The translations under genes and the position numbers were made by a program. Positions 51,921 through 63,372 of a DNA stretch of 64,000 nt are shown here, in pieces; positions within the stretch are counted from its first letter, which is position 1, and each line of letters begins with the position of its first letter. The notes beneath the pieces were generated by a model that worked only from the letters and a program-made list of their open reading frames with translations, was not told the origin of the DNA and made no database searches. The DNA lies in contig CALVOK010000011.1 in the NCBI GenBank assembly GCA_944350275.1, positions 25,698 through 89,697 of the forward strand. Direction: 5' to 3'. The DNA comes from an uncultured Clostridia bacterium. GTDB taxonomy: Bacteria > Bacillota > Clostridia > Christensenellales > UBA1242.

Positions 51921-51949
51921 TTAACTATTATGCATTGCATAATAGTTAA
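51921..51949. repeat. Perfect 29-bp palindrome TTAACTATTATGCA-T-TGCATAATAGTTAA between divergent promoters
   Basis: The 14-nt left arm is the exact reverse complement of the 14-nt right arm around T51935. Same core as the other dispersed copies. Confidence 0.9.
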
Positions 51950-52027
51950 AAATGTTTTTTAAACAAATTAATTAAAAATTGTTGACTAATTTTAAATATT
52001 AGTTTATAATTCTATTAGAGGTTTAAT

Positions 52028-53887
52028 ATGGATTTATATGCAAAAGGACAACTTTCATTTTTAATTTTAAATTGCCTATTAGAACGTGATTTTTATGGAC
52101 TTGATTTAATTACAGAAATATATAACAAATCTAATGGAAGAATTGAACTGAAAAAACCAAGTGTTTATTCCAACCTCACTAGAATGGAAAAACAAGGTTA
52201 TGTGTCTTCATATATGCGGAGTAGCGATTTAGGACCAAATAGAAAATATTATTCTATAACTGAACGAGGTCGTATATTTTATCAAGATTTAAAAAATTAT
52301 TTTGATAGAAATAATATTGACGTCTTTAGAGATTTTAAAGATTTTGAGGCTACAACTAATGCTACAGTTAACGTTAGAGAATCAAATGCAAGTTATAATA
52401 ATGTAAATTATTTTTCTTTAAATAAAACTCAATCATCAAGTCAAAAAGATATTTCGAATATGCAAAATGAAAATATTGAAGAAAATGAAACTAGTGATGA
52501 TGACTATTTTGATTTTTCAAGTTTGGATGAAAAAGATAATACAAATGATATCATCTCTGAGGAAAGTTCAGTCCAGGGAAATAGTGAAAACGAAAATAGC
52601 ATAAAGTCTATACAACAAAATAATGCGGTCCAAACTGATTCATATTCAATCAAGTCACTGTATACTGATACAGATATAAATAGCAATGATAAGAATGAAT
52701 TTGTAAACAAAGTCACTAAAGAAGATAAAGATTTACTGGAAAGTGATGAATCACAAAAAGCAAGTAGTTCTGACACTGTAGTTGTAGATGAAGAGATTAA
52801 ACACGAAGAAGTAAAAAAGGATGATGCCGTATTTTTAAATAGTAAGGATGTAGAAGAATATAATAAACGTCTATATGATATTTCTAAAGATATAAATAAA
52901 TATAAACGTAAAAAGAGTTTTGCGGAGGACCAAATCGCTTTTCAAGTTGAAAACTCCTCACCTATTAGCGAGGCAAATGAACGTACAAAATCAAATATAG
53001 AAGACTTTAAAAATTCTATCCTTGAAAATAAGGGCAAAACTAATGCAACTTATGATTATTCAAAACAGGTTGCATATCGTTTTAATAAAGACAATATGTC
53101 ATATCAAGACATATTGAACACTAATAAAACGCAAAAGAAAGAAGAAATAGTAAAAGACGACGGAAAGTTTATAACAAGCAGAATAGAAGAAACTCAAGTT
53201 GAACACGCAAGAAAAATTGAACCACCTCGATTAAAAATTGTGACTGAAACAAGTAGTCGTGATAACAGTTATAAAATGCCACCACCAAAACGAGACAAGA
53301 CAATTGATCCATCTCACAAGGAAATATTATCAAGACTTTATTCTAAAACTAAGACAGGTAATAATGAAGAAGTAAGAGCGGATGCATTGTATGATTACAA
53401 CGATTTAAGAGACTTCTACAATGATCAAAACATATCTTTTAATGAGTATCAAAAACCTGCTGAAAAAACTGAGCACAACACGAATTTATTATATTTGATA
53501 GTATCTGTTGCTACATTTTTCTTGACGACTATCATTTCTGCTGTGCTATATGGAATATTATCAAGTTCAAGTTTAATAAATAATTCAACAAGTTTCTTAT
53601 ATATTTTGTTGCCTGCCCTGCTATTGATTGATATTGCAATAAAATTTTATAATTATAAAAAATATAAGAGTTGGATGCCAAATCCCCTTCTTCAGCAATG
53701 GAAAATCTGGGGAATAACATTTCTTTTCTCTGCTATTGTTGTAGGTTTAAATTTTATTTGTGGAATGTCCACAACAAACTTTGCTGACTTTGCAACAACA
53801 ACCCTCCTTCCTATATTGTTAGCATTTATTATTCTACCAGGAAGATATTATTTGAATAGATTTCTCTTAATTAAATATTGGAGATAA
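52028..53887 (+). CDS. PadR-family winged-helix regulator fused to a long low-complexity linker and a C-terminal 4-TM domain
   Basis: N-terminus LSFLILNCLLERDFYGLDLITEI...KPSVYSNLTRMEKQGYV...KYYSITERG is PadR-like. It is followed by about 400 aa rich in N/S/D/E/K, then four hydrophobic helices. Promoter TTGACT-N17-TATAAT at 51982-52010. Confidence 0.65.
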   Translation: MDLYAKGQLSFLILNCLLERDFYGLDLITEIYNKSNGRIELKKPSVYSNLTRMEKQGYVSSYMRSSDLGPNRKYYSITERGRIFYQDLKNYFDRNNIDVFRDFKDFEATTNATVNVRESNASYNNVNYFSLNKTQSSSQKDISNMQNENIEENETSDDDYFDFSSLDEKDNTNDIISEESSVQGNSENENSIKSIQQNNAVQTDSYSIKSLYTDTDINSNDKNEFVNKVTKEDKDLLESDESQKASSSDTVVVDEEIKHEEVKKDDAVFLNSKDVEEYNKRLYDISKDINKYKRKKSFAEDQIAFQVENSSPISEANERTKSNIEDFKNSILENKGKTNATYDYSKQVAYRFNKDNMSYQDILNTNKTQKKEEIVKDDGKFITSRIEETQVEHARKIEPPRLKIVTETSSRDNSYKMPPPKRDKTIDPSHKEILSRLYSKTKTGNNEEVRADALYDYNDLRDFYNDQNISFNEYQKPAEKTEHNTNLLYLIVSVATFFLTTIISAVLYGILSSSSLINNSTSFLYILLPALLLIDIAIKFYNYKKYKSWMPNPLLQQWKIWGITFLFSAIVVGLNFICGMSTTNFADFATTTLLPILLAFIILPGRYYLNRFLLIKYWR

Positions 53888-53900
53888 AATCTCCTAATTT

Positions 53901-54503
53901 TCACTGCTTTCTACCCTTATTCGTACTAATGAGAGAAAAAATCAAGTCTCCTAGCATAACTACTATAATAATAACCAATGTTATCATGAAAATATAAGTG
54001 ATGGAGTTTTCAAAAATAGAGCATAGCAACAAAGTTGAACTTGTGGAAATTAGTGAGCCTATTGTGATAGACAGAAAGGCATAGTGTATATTAAGATTTG
54101 ATAGTCCAGCAATTAAACTACCTGTCCACACACCTGTAAGTGGAAGCGGAACGGCAACAAAAACACCTAGTGCAATATATTTTTTGATAGTAGAAGATTT
54201 ATTTTGTATATTTTGACTTCGTAATTTGTATTTTTGTAAAAATTTATTTGTAATAAATCCTGTGGTTTTTTGTCTAAGTTTGCGAATAATAAACATTATT
54301 ACATAACTGGGTATAATTGAACCTACAAATGATAGCAAAAATGCTGACAAAGGTGATAAGATATTGCTTCCCCAAATAGCAGTATTCAAAGCAAGTGGCA
54401 ATGATATTTTGCTTTCCAAGGTTGGACACATTGCAACTAAAATAATAACAAGCCAGACACAGTTGGAAAAGTTTTGTCTAAAAAAATCTAAAATATAATC
54501 CAT
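53901..54503 (-). CDS. COG2426-type small membrane protein (annotated in databases as putative small multidrug export protein)
   Basis: 200 aa with about 5 TM helices. The N-terminal pattern LVAMCPTLESKISLPLAL resembles that family. Confidence 0.5.
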   Translation of the reverse strand: MDYILDFFRQNFSNCVWLVIILVAMCPTLESKISLPLALNTAIWGSNILSPLSAFLLSFVGSIIPSYVIMFIIRKLRQKTTGFITNKFLQKYKLRSQNIQNKSSTIKKYIALGVFVAVPLPLTGVWTGSLIAGLSNLNIHYAFLSITIGSLISTSSTLLLCSIFENSITYIFMITLVIIIVVMLGDLIFSLISTNKGRKQ

Positions 54504-54650
54504 AATATATTTTATTATGCAATTAGACTTATATTACTTAAATTGAAAAGACTTTTAAAATTAAGAATAACACTTAATTTTGAAAGTCTTATTTTTTAGA
54601 TAGAAATATTTAATGAAAAATACTAAATATTTTATAGTGAAGGACAATAA

Positions 54651-54718
54651 TAAAAAAGATATAACAATATTTTCTATAACATTCGAATTAAACTTATAGA
54701 TTAAAATTGTTATATCTT
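54651..54718 (-). terminator. Terminator-like long hairpin after rny
   Basis: AAGATATAACAAT (54656-54668) and ATTGTTATATCTT (54706-54718) form an inverted repeat, with a T-run on the minus strand. Confidence 0.45.
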
Positions 54719-54726
54719 TATGATTT

Positions 54727-56316
54727 TTATTTTGCGGTTTCAGTAACCCTACTCTCTCTTATCACAACAACCTTAATTTGTCCAGGATATTGCATCTCAT
54801 TCTCAATACGTTTAGCAACATCTCTCGCAAGAACGACTGCCTCGTTATCACTTATTTGTTCTGGTTTAACAATGATACGCACTTCGCGTCCGGCTTGAAT
54901 TGCGTAAGACTTTTCAACACCCTTGAAATCATTACATATACTTTCAAGTTGTTCAAGTCTCTTGATATAATTTTCAAAACTTTCTCTTCTCGCACCTGGA
55001 CGTGAACTTGAAATTGCATCAGCAACCTGCACAATAACCGCTTCAACACTTTGGAATGGAACGTCGCCATGATGTGCTTGAATACAATGAATTACTGCAT
55101 CAGATTCCTTGTACTTTTTGGCAAGGTCTACACCAATTGAAACGTGTGTTCCTTCAATTTCATGATCAAGTGCCTTACCAATATCATGCAATAATCCTCC
55201 ACGTTTTGCAATAGAAACATTTGCACCAAGTTCAGTTGCAAGTAACCCTGCAATAATAGAAGTCTCTATGCTATGTTTTAAACAATTTTGCCCATAACTT
55301 GTTCTATACTTGAGTCTACCAAGAACTTTAATAAGTTCTGGATTAAGATTGTATACACCAACCTCGTTGCAAGCCTCTTCGCCAGCCTCCTTAATGGTTT
55401 TATCAACCTCTTTAGTTGCCTTCAATACGACTTCTTCAATTCTGCCAGGATGAATACGACCATCTAAAATAAGTTTCTCGAGAGAAATTCGTGCAATTTC
55501 TCGTCTAATTGGGTCAAAACTAGATATGGTGATTGATTCAGGTGTATCATCCACTATAAGTTCAACCCCTGTCGCACTTTCAATTGAACGAATATTCCTA
55601 CCTTCTCTACCAATAATTCGACCTTTCATATCATCGTTTGGAAGAGCAACACTTGTCACAGTCGTCTCAGATGTAAGGTCTGTAGCACATTTTTGAATTG
55701 CAGTAACTATTATATCTCTGGCAATCTTATCAGCATTTTCTTTTGTGTCTTCTTCTATTTGCTTAATTATTGCTCCTGCATCTTTCTTTGCCTCTTCTGT
55801 AACACTTTCAAGTAAAATATCTTTAGCCTCTTTTTTAGAGAGACCTGAAATATTTTCTAACTTTTCAAGCATTTGGTCTCGTATCTGTTCTTGCTCTTTA
55901 ATTTTTTCTTGTAGTATGATTTTTGTGTTTTCTAGTGAATTCTTTTCATCTTCAAGTTGTTGAGTCTTTGCATCTAAGGTTGTTTCTTTTTTAGTGAGAT
56001 ATTCCTCTCTCTGATCAAGCCTTTCCTCTTGCTTTTGAATTTCTCCTCTTCTTTCTTTTACTTCATTATTTGCCTCATCACGAATTTTTTGTGCTTCGTC
56101 TTTAGCCTCAATAAGTGATTCTTTTTTTATGCTTTTTGCTTCTGCATACGCCTCTTCAATTATCTTTACAGCATTTGATTTACTATTATCAAGTTTTTTA
56201 TTTATGACAATTTTATAAACTATAGCACCAAGTATTGCCCCAACTATTAAGGCAACTACCCCGCTAACTACGCCGGCGGTAACAGCAGCATCGCATAATA
56301 TGCTTAAACTGCTCAT
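54727..56316 (-). CDS. rny: Ribonuclease Y
   Basis: N-terminal TM, coiled coil, KH domain ([12 protein letters not shown]), and HD domain (LLHDIGKA). GGGG-rich RBS before the ATG at 56316. Confidence 0.93.
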   Translation of the reverse strand: MSSLSILCDAAVTAGVVSGVVALIVGAILGAIVYKIVINKKLDNSKSNAVKIIEEAYAEAKSIKKESLIEAKDEAQKIRDEANNEVKERRGEIQKQEERLDQREEYLTKKETTLDAKTQQLEDEKNSLENTKIILQEKIKEQEQIRDQMLEKLENISGLSKKEAKDILLESVTEEAKKDAGAIIKQIEEDTKENADKIARDIIVTAIQKCATDLTSETTVTSVALPNDDMKGRIIGREGRNIRSIESATGVELIVDDTPESITISSFDPIRREIARISLEKLILDGRIHPGRIEEVVLKATKEVDKTIKEAGEEACNEVGVYNLNPELIKVLGRLKYRTSYGQNCLKHSIETSIIAGLLATELGANVSIAKRGGLLHDIGKALDHEIEGTHVSIGVDLAKKYKESDAVIHCIQAHHGDVPFQSVEAVIVQVADAISSSRPGARRESFENYIKRLEQLESICNDFKGVEKSYAIQAGREVRIIVKPEQISDNEAVVLARDVAKRIENEMQYPGQIKVVVIRESRVTETAK

Positions 56317-56472
56317 TTTATTATCCCCTTTTAATCTAGTAACATTATTATTAATGATTTGACAAAAACCACTATAGTAAAATGCTACCATAATAATTAT
56401 ACATTATCAAACTTGATATGTCAAACAAATCAAAAAGAAAAATTAATTTCTTTGAAATAAAAGTTACGATTA

Positions 56473-57276
56473 TTATATTTCTATGATTTCCATATCATTT
56501 GGCACATAAACATTACCTTTAAAGTAAGTCTTTGCCTCTTCTAGATACAATTTTTGTCTTAAATCACCATGCGAGTCCTCGGTATGATATAAGATTAAAT
56601 TTAAAATACCTAAACCATTCATAACTTCGCTAACACTTTTTGTTGTCGAATGATGTTTTTCGTAGGCATGGAAAATATTTTCTTCATTTTCAAGACAGAA
56701 AGCCTCATGAGTAACATAGTCAAAGTTTCTGATCCTTTCATAAAGCATAGGATTTAAAGTTTCGTCTCCCAAAAATGCGAATTTTTTATTTGATAAGTTA
56801 CATAGAAATCCAAATTGTTTTGTCCCTTTTGCCATAATATCAAAGAATGTGTAAGTTTCACCATTTATATCATATTTATCATTGTCTTTTAGAATATGGA
56901 TTTTAAAGTTTTTATAGATAATATCCATAACTTGTGGTGGCAAAATACGACTACCTACTACATTTATTGTTTCGTAAACCACATCGTTACAATACAAGTT
57001 AATCTCTTCTATTTTACTTTGATTTTTTAGATATTGACTTATCTTTTTAAAATACCAAAAAATACCGAGAATATGGTCGGTGTGAGAATGAGATATAAAG
57101 ATATGTTTAATAGACCTATAGTCAATTCCCGCTTGCTCTAATCGCTTTAGGATTTCAATACTTCCACCTGTATCCACAAGAAAATTTCCTTTTTCATTCT
57201 GAATAACAAAACAAGTATTGTAAATGTTCATGGTTGCACCATTGCCTGTACCTAAAAATATTAGTTTGTTTTGCAT
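56473..57276 (-). CDS. MBL-fold metallo-hydrolase
   Basis: HSHTDH motif and overall beta-lactamase fold pattern. Confidence 0.75.
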   Translation of the reverse strand: MQNKLIFLGTGNGATMNIYNTCFVIQNEKGNFLVDTGGSIEILKRLEQAGIDYRSIKHIFISHSHTDHILGIFWYFKKISQYLKNQSKIEEINLYCNDVVYETINVVGSRILPPQVMDIIYKNFKIHILKDNDKYDINGETYTFFDIMAKGTKQFGFLCNLSNKKFAFLGDETLNPMLYERIRNFDYVTHEAFCLENEENIFHAYEKHHSTTKSVSEVMNGLGILNLILYHTEDSHGDLRQKLYLEEAKTYFKGNVYVPNDMEIIEI

Positions 57277-57389
57277 AAGACCTCCATTTAATAATTTTAA
57301 TAGACTAAAGTTGTAATGTTGTTTAACTTTTAATTATAAATCACTCCAAAAAAAATCATTAAAATAAACATTTTGGAAATATAATTTTA

Positions 57390-57974
57390 CTATAATGATT
57401 TGTGATCTTCAATCGGCTCATAATCAAATTCACAATCAGTTGATATTACTTTGTATGGATGTGATTTTCTGAATTTTACTCTCTCATTTGCTGACATTTG
57501 CAATAACTTTTTTGCTCTGTCCATATGGAAAATTCCATCTAAATGGTCAAGTTCATGAGAAATTACAGTTGATGAGAAACCTTCAAATTTTTGAATTTTA
57601 GTTTCTCCATTCTCATTTTGATACTTAACAATTATTTCATAAGGACGTTCAACAAGTCCAAAATTGTCTAACCCACTGACACATGCTTCCCAAAATTCAG
57701 TTTTGCCTCTCTTTGATATAATTTCTGGATTAATCATTAGTATCTGCTCGTTTTCGGCATTAGTAGTTGAATCTGGCTTGGTTGATTTGATATAAACAAT
57801 TCTTTTAGGTATACCAAGTTGAATACAGGCCATTGCATATAATCCATTATTAGAAATGCAATATTCCTTTATATCTTTAAGATTTTGTGTTAAATCTTTA
57901 TCTTTAAAATCTACATTGCTTGATACCTGTCTTAAAAAGTTTTCATTGTCTTTAATTGTCAATGCTTTTAACAT
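57390..57974 (-). CDS. def: Peptide deformylase
   Basis: Three Def motifs in diverged form: ACIQLG (GxGxAAxQ), EACVS (EGCLS), HELDHLDG (HExDH). Confidence 0.85.
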   Translation of the reverse strand: MLKALTIKDNENFLRQVSSNVDFKDKDLTQNLKDIKEYCISNNGLYAMACIQLGIPKRIVYIKSTKPDSTTNAENEQILMINPEIISKRGKTEFWEACVSGLDNFGLVERPYEIIVKYQNENGETKIQKFEGFSSTVISHELDHLDGIFHMDRAKKLLQMSANERVKFRKSHPYKVISTDCEFDYEPIEDHKSL

Positions 57975-58067
57975 TATTTACCTCCTTTATATACTTAGAA
58001 CACCACTAAGATTTTATGTCATATGCAGTTAAATATACAATTAAAATTTTTAAATATTAGGATATAA

Positions 58068-59195
<1,128 letters not shown>

Positions 59196-59278
59196 TCAAC
59201 TTCTCCTAATAACAAAAACTTTTTATATTTTGTGATGAAACATCTAGTATATGTAATTTTATAATAATACTCATAAAT

Positions 59279-59342
59279 ACAACATATAGTATTATGTCTC
59301 GCATACATATATGTATATTTAGTATTATGTATTGCATAATAG
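59279..59342 (+). repeat. Full 64-bp copy of the dispersed composite repeat, filling the queA-tgt junction
   Basis: ACAACATATAGTATTATGTCTCGCATACATATATGTATATTTAGTATTATGTATTGCATAATAG. It ends 1 nt before the queA stop codon (59343-59345). Confidence 0.8.
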
Positions 59343-60389
59343 TCAATATATAAACATTGCGTCGCCAAAAGAGAAAAATCTATATCTTTGCTCTACCGCC
59401 TCCTTATATATAGCCATTGTCTCATCATATCCTACAAAGGCAGAAACAAGCATTATTAGTGTGCTTTCTGGCAAATGAAAATTTGTTATAAGCGCATCGA
59501 CAACTTTAAATCTATATGATGGATAGATAAAGATATTTGTTTCTCGTTTCTGTGGGATAATTATTCCATCATCATTTGCGCAACTTTCAAGGACTCGTAC
59601 TGAGGTAGTCCCTACGGCTATAATTCTTCGTTTCTCTCTTTTTGCCTTGTTTAATTTCTCTGCGTTTTCATCGGTCATCTCTATGTATTCGCTGTGCATT
59701 TCGTGATTTAATATGTTATCCTCTTTAACAGGTCTAAATGTGCCAAGACCAACGTGTAATAAGACTTCTAAAATTTCTACACCCTTTTCTCTTATTTTTT
59801 GCAGAAGGGCTGGAGTAAAGTGAAGGCCAGCAGTTGGAGCAGCAGATGAGCCTTCTATTTTGGAATAAACGGTTTGATATCTTTCTTTATCTTTTAATTT
59901 TTCATGTATGTAAGGCGGTAAAGGCATTTGCCCCACTTCACTCAATCTCTCTTCAAAAACTCCATCAAATTCAAATTGAATAGTGCATGAGCCATATTCA
60001 CCTTTTGATAGTACTTTGCATGATAAATCTTTATTAAATGTTATTTTAGTGCCAACTGACAATCTTTTAAAAGGTCGTGCTATTATTTCCCACTTTTTTA
60101 AATCAATTCTTTTTTGGAGAAGAATTTCAATTTTGGCACCTGTATCTTTATATCCATATAATCTTGCTGGCAATACTCTAGTGTTATTAATTACAAGGAC
60201 ATCACCCTTATGGAGATAATCAATAATATTCCGAAAGATTTTATGTTCTATTGTTTTCTTAGTTTTATTATATACTAAAAGTCTTGAACTGTCTCTAGGT
60301 TCAATAGGTGTTTGTGCTATTAATTCTTCTGGCAAATCATAGTAATAACTACTTTTTAGATTTAAATTTTTATTATTAATATTGCTCAT
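59343..60389 (-). CDS. queA: S-adenosylmethionine:tRNA ribosyltransferase-isomerase
   Basis: [43 protein letters not shown]. Confidence 0.94.
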   Translation of the reverse strand: MSNINNKNLNLKSSYYYDLPEELIAQTPIEPRDSSRLLVYNKTKKTIEHKIFRNIIDYLHKGDVLVINNTRVLPARLYGYKDTGAKIEILLQKRIDLKKWEIIARPFKRLSVGTKITFNKDLSCKVLSKGEYGSCTIQFEFDGVFEERLSEVGQMPLPPYIHEKLKDKERYQTVYSKIEGSSAAPTAGLHFTPALLQKIREKGVEILEVLLHVGLGTFRPVKEDNILNHEMHSEYIEMTDENAEKLNKAKREKRRIIAVGTTSVRVLESCANDDGIIIPQKRETNIFIYPSYRFKVVDALITNFHLPESTLIMLVSAFVGYDETMAIYKEAVEQRYRFFSFGDAMFIY

Positions 60390-60645
60390 TTTTATTTTCA
60401 ACTTAAATTTAAAATATTTTGTCCTCTTAATGTTTTAATATTTGTTTTTATAGAAAAGATATACACAAATGAAATAAATATATAAGTTTGCCATAAATAA
60501 AATAACATAACTAGATATTGTGTGTATTAATCTAAAATACATACTAAATCAAGGAATTTATATTCCCATAAAATATATCAATAGTCATAAGTAATTGTAC
60601 TTTAACTCAACTATTAGTCAAATTTAGCATAACACTTTGATTTTA

Positions 60646-61659
60646 TTATTGGTTCTTACTTTCATAATTAAGTCCAAAATGTCTATATGCTGGTTCCAAT
60701 GCTATTCTGCCTCTAGGAGTCCTCGAAATAAAGCCAAGTTGCAACAGATACGGCTCATAGACATCCTCAATAGTAGTTGCATCTTCACTTATTGTCGCAG
60801 ATAGTGTGTCTAATCCGACAGGACCACCGCCAAACTTGTTGATTATAGCCAACATGATTTTTCTATCTATAGTGTCAAGTCCTAATTCATCAATTTCCAT
60901 TATTTGAAGTGTCTTGTTGGCTATTTCCCTAGTAACATGACCTTGACCTAAAACCTGTGCATAATCTCTTACTCGCTTCAAAAGTCTGTTTGCAATTCTA
61001 GGAGTTCCTCTGGAGCGCTTTGCAATTTCAATGCTTGCATCCTTATCAATGACTACACCAAGAATTTTAGCCGAACGATCTATAATTATTGACAATTCGT
61101 CTGTTGAGTAAAGTTCTAGCCTACAAATAACACCAAATCTGTCTCGTAATGGATTTGTAAGCATTCCTGCCCTAGTAGTTGCACCTATAAGAGTAAAAGG
61201 TTTTATCTTTAGTCTCATATTTCTTGCAGAAGGTCCTTTCCCTACAATAAAATCAAGGGCAAAATCCTCCATTGCTGGATACAGAATTTCCTCGACTGTT
61301 TTATTTAACCTGTGTATTTCATCAATAAACAATACATCATTTTGATTTAAGTTTGTAAGTATTGCGGCTAGGTCTGCTGCGTGTTCAATTGCAGGACCAG
61401 ATGTAACCTTAAACTGAGTACCGAGTTCATTCGCTATTATGTGAGAAAGTGTTGTTTTACCAAGTCCTGGAGGTCCATATAAAAGCACATGGTCTAAACT
61501 TTCTTTTCTTTCTTTTGCGGCTTTAATATAAACAGCAAGAGATTCTTTAACTTTCGTTTGTCCAATATACTCATCAAAAGTTGTAGGTCTAAGAGAGTTT
61601 TCTATTTCAGCATCTGTAAGATTTTTTGTGCTGGTTATAAATCTTTCGTTTCCTTCCAT
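60646..61659 (-). CDS. ruvB: Holliday junction helicase RuvB
   Basis: Walker [10 protein letters not shown], Walker [10 protein letters not shown], and sensor residues. Follows ruvA. Confidence 0.96.
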   Translation of the reverse strand: MEGNERFITSTKNLTDAEIENSLRPTTFDEYIGQTKVKESLAVYIKAAKERKESLDHVLLYGPPGLGKTTLSHIIANELGTQFKVTSGPAIEHAADLAAILTNLNQNDVLFIDEIHRLNKTVEEILYPAMEDFALDFIVGKGPSARNMRLKIKPFTLIGATTRAGMLTNPLRDRFGVICRLELYSTDELSIIIDRSAKILGVVIDKDASIEIAKRSRGTPRIANRLLKRVRDYAQVLGQGHVTREIANKTLQIMEIDELGLDTIDRKIMLAIINKFGGGPVGLDTLSATISEDATTIEDVYEPYLLQLGFISRTPRGRIALEPAYRHFGLNYESKNQ

Positions 61660-62252
61660 TATCCTTTATACCCCCTAAGCGACTTTGAAATAATCTCCTC
61701 TGCTGATGCGTTATTCCCAGCATTAGACCTTGCAAGCATATATGCTTCATTTTTAGAAATACCTAAACTTATCAACGTGTCTGTCGCCATTTGAACAGCA
61801 TCTTCATCATAATTGATATCAAAAGTTTGCTCATTATTTTCCAAATGTAAAATATCTAACTTATCTTTCAATTCAAGGCATATTCTCTCTGCTGTCTTTT
61901 TGCCTAATCCTTTTATTTTTGATAGTAATTTAGTATCTTCTTTTGTGATTGCCATCAACAAGTCAGATAAATTTAGCCCTGACAATATAGTTATTGCCAT
62001 TTTAGGTCCAACACCACTTACAGTTATCAATTTATAAAATAAATCACGTTCCTCAATTGACGAAAAACCATAGAGTGATATTCCATCCTCTCGTACAGCC
62101 ATATATGTATATATTTTAACACTTTCGCTCTCGTATGGTAGACTGACCAAAGTGTTATTTGATACTGTAAGTTCAAAACCTATACCATTAACATCTAAAA
62201 CAAGAGTATTTTCTTTTTTCTCTTCAATTATACCGACCAAAAATGAAATCAT
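61659..62252 (-). CDS. ruvA: Holliday junction DNA-binding protein RuvA
   Basis: OB-fold N-terminus and HhH motifs ([21 protein letters not shown]). Confidence 0.92.
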   Translation of the reverse strand: MISFLVGIIEEKKENTLVLDVNGIGFELTVSNNTLVSLPYESESVKIYTYMAVREDGISLYGFSSIEERDLFYKLITVSGVGPKMAITILSGLNLSDLLMAITKEDTKLLSKIKGLGKKTAERICLELKDKLDILHLENNEQTFDINYDEDAVQMATDTLISLGISKNEAYMLARSNAGNNASAEEIISKSLRGYKG

Positions 62253-62387
62253 ATTTTCTCCTTAAATTTAAAAAAATAAAATTATTCTTTCTATTTTTAA
62301 ACTAATGCAATTACAATCACTTGCTATTAACCTTTTTTGAATTTACTTCTATTACTTGTCCTTGCATTTAGTAAAATAATTTAAAAT

Positions 62388-62876
62388 TTATACCTTATTA
62401 TTATTTAGACTAGGACTTGTTTGACTATGACATATGGCAACAGCAAGAGCATCAGCAGCATCATCTGGCTTTGGTATTGAGTTTAAACCCAGAATTGCTT
62501 TAACCATATACTGAACCTGCGCTTTCTCTGCTCTGCCTTGTCCCGTTAATGCTTGTTTTATTTGTAGTGGTGTATATTCATAAATGTTACCACAATACTT
62601 TTGACAGGCAAGAACTATCACACCTCTTGCTTGTGCAACCTGGATGATTGTTTTTTGATTTTTAAAATAAAAAAGTTCCTCAATGGCAACAACATCGGGT
62701 TTGAATTTGTCAAATAAATACTTAAGGCTTGATTCAATTGCTTCAAGTCTTATAGGCAAACTATCTTCTTTGGGAGTTGTAATTGCCCCATAATCAACAA
62801 CCATATCTTTTTTTTCTGTGTCAATAATTCCATAACCAATTATTGCATAACCTGGATCAATTCCTAAAATAACCAT
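62388..62876 (-). CDS. ruvC: Crossover junction endodeoxyribonuclease RuvC
   Basis: ILGIDPGYAIIGYG, AIEELFYFKN, DAADALAVAICH. Confidence 0.92.
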   Translation of the reverse strand: MVILGIDPGYAIIGYGIIDTEKKDMVVDYGAITTPKEDSLPIRLEAIESSLKYLFDKFKPDVVAIEELFYFKNQKTIIQVAQARGVIVLACQKYCGNIYEYTPLQIKQALTGQGRAEKAQVQYMVKAILGLNSIPKPDDAADALAVAICHSQTSPSLNNNKV

Positions 62877-62930
62877 AGTTATATTTTACATTATACACAA
62901 GAATAAGTCAAATTATATTAGTGTTTTAGC

Positions 62931-62960
62931 AAAAATAAAAATGGCAATTAAATGCCATTT
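62931..62960 (-). terminator. Intrinsic terminator overlapping the stop of the 86-aa ORF
   Basis: On the minus strand: AAATGGCA-tttaat-TGCCATTT followed by TTTATTTTT. Confidence 0.7.
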
Positions 62961-63208
62961 TCCTCATCTTGTTCATTTTCTTTCATGCTATTTCCAACCT
63001 TGAAATTTTCAGGCTTATTTGACTTTTTTTCAACAGGCGGAAAAAAAGATAACTGCGAACGACCATCTTCAGAAGCCAGAGAATATAAACCTGCATTTTT
63101 TATCATCTCATCTATCTGAGCCTCTTTTCTTGCTCTTTGAAAACTAATAGCAAATTGATGATTTCTTTCCTCTAAATCTTCCTCTACCTTATTGTAATCC
63201 CAACTCAT
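62948..63208 (-). CDS. Small acidic hypothetical protein
   Basis: GAGGAGG RBS before the ATG at 63208 and its own terminator. No family recognised. Confidence 0.45.
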   Translation of the reverse strand: MSWDYNKVEEDLEERNHQFAISFQRARKEAQIDEMIKNAGLYSLASEDGRSQLSFFPPVEKKSNKPENFKVGNSMKENEQDEENGI

Positions 63209-63372
63209 ATTTCCTCCTCTGTGCAAAAGAAATGTTTAAAATTCAAAACATACTTTAATCTAGAAATAGTATAACACATATTTTTAGAAATATCAATATT
63301 TTTAGAAAAATATCTTCGTTTTTTGTGTTTTGTTAATAAACAAGTTTTTTATAATGTTAAATGGTTACAAAT

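Noticed and set aside
51921-51949. Reading the dispersed palindrome as a pair of ARG boxes (ArgR sites)
   Set aside because: ARG boxes place TGNAT and ATNCA around a 4-bp A/T core. Here the halves are fused in the opposite arrangement (ATGCA-T-TGCAT), and the flanking sequence does not complete two adjacent boxes.
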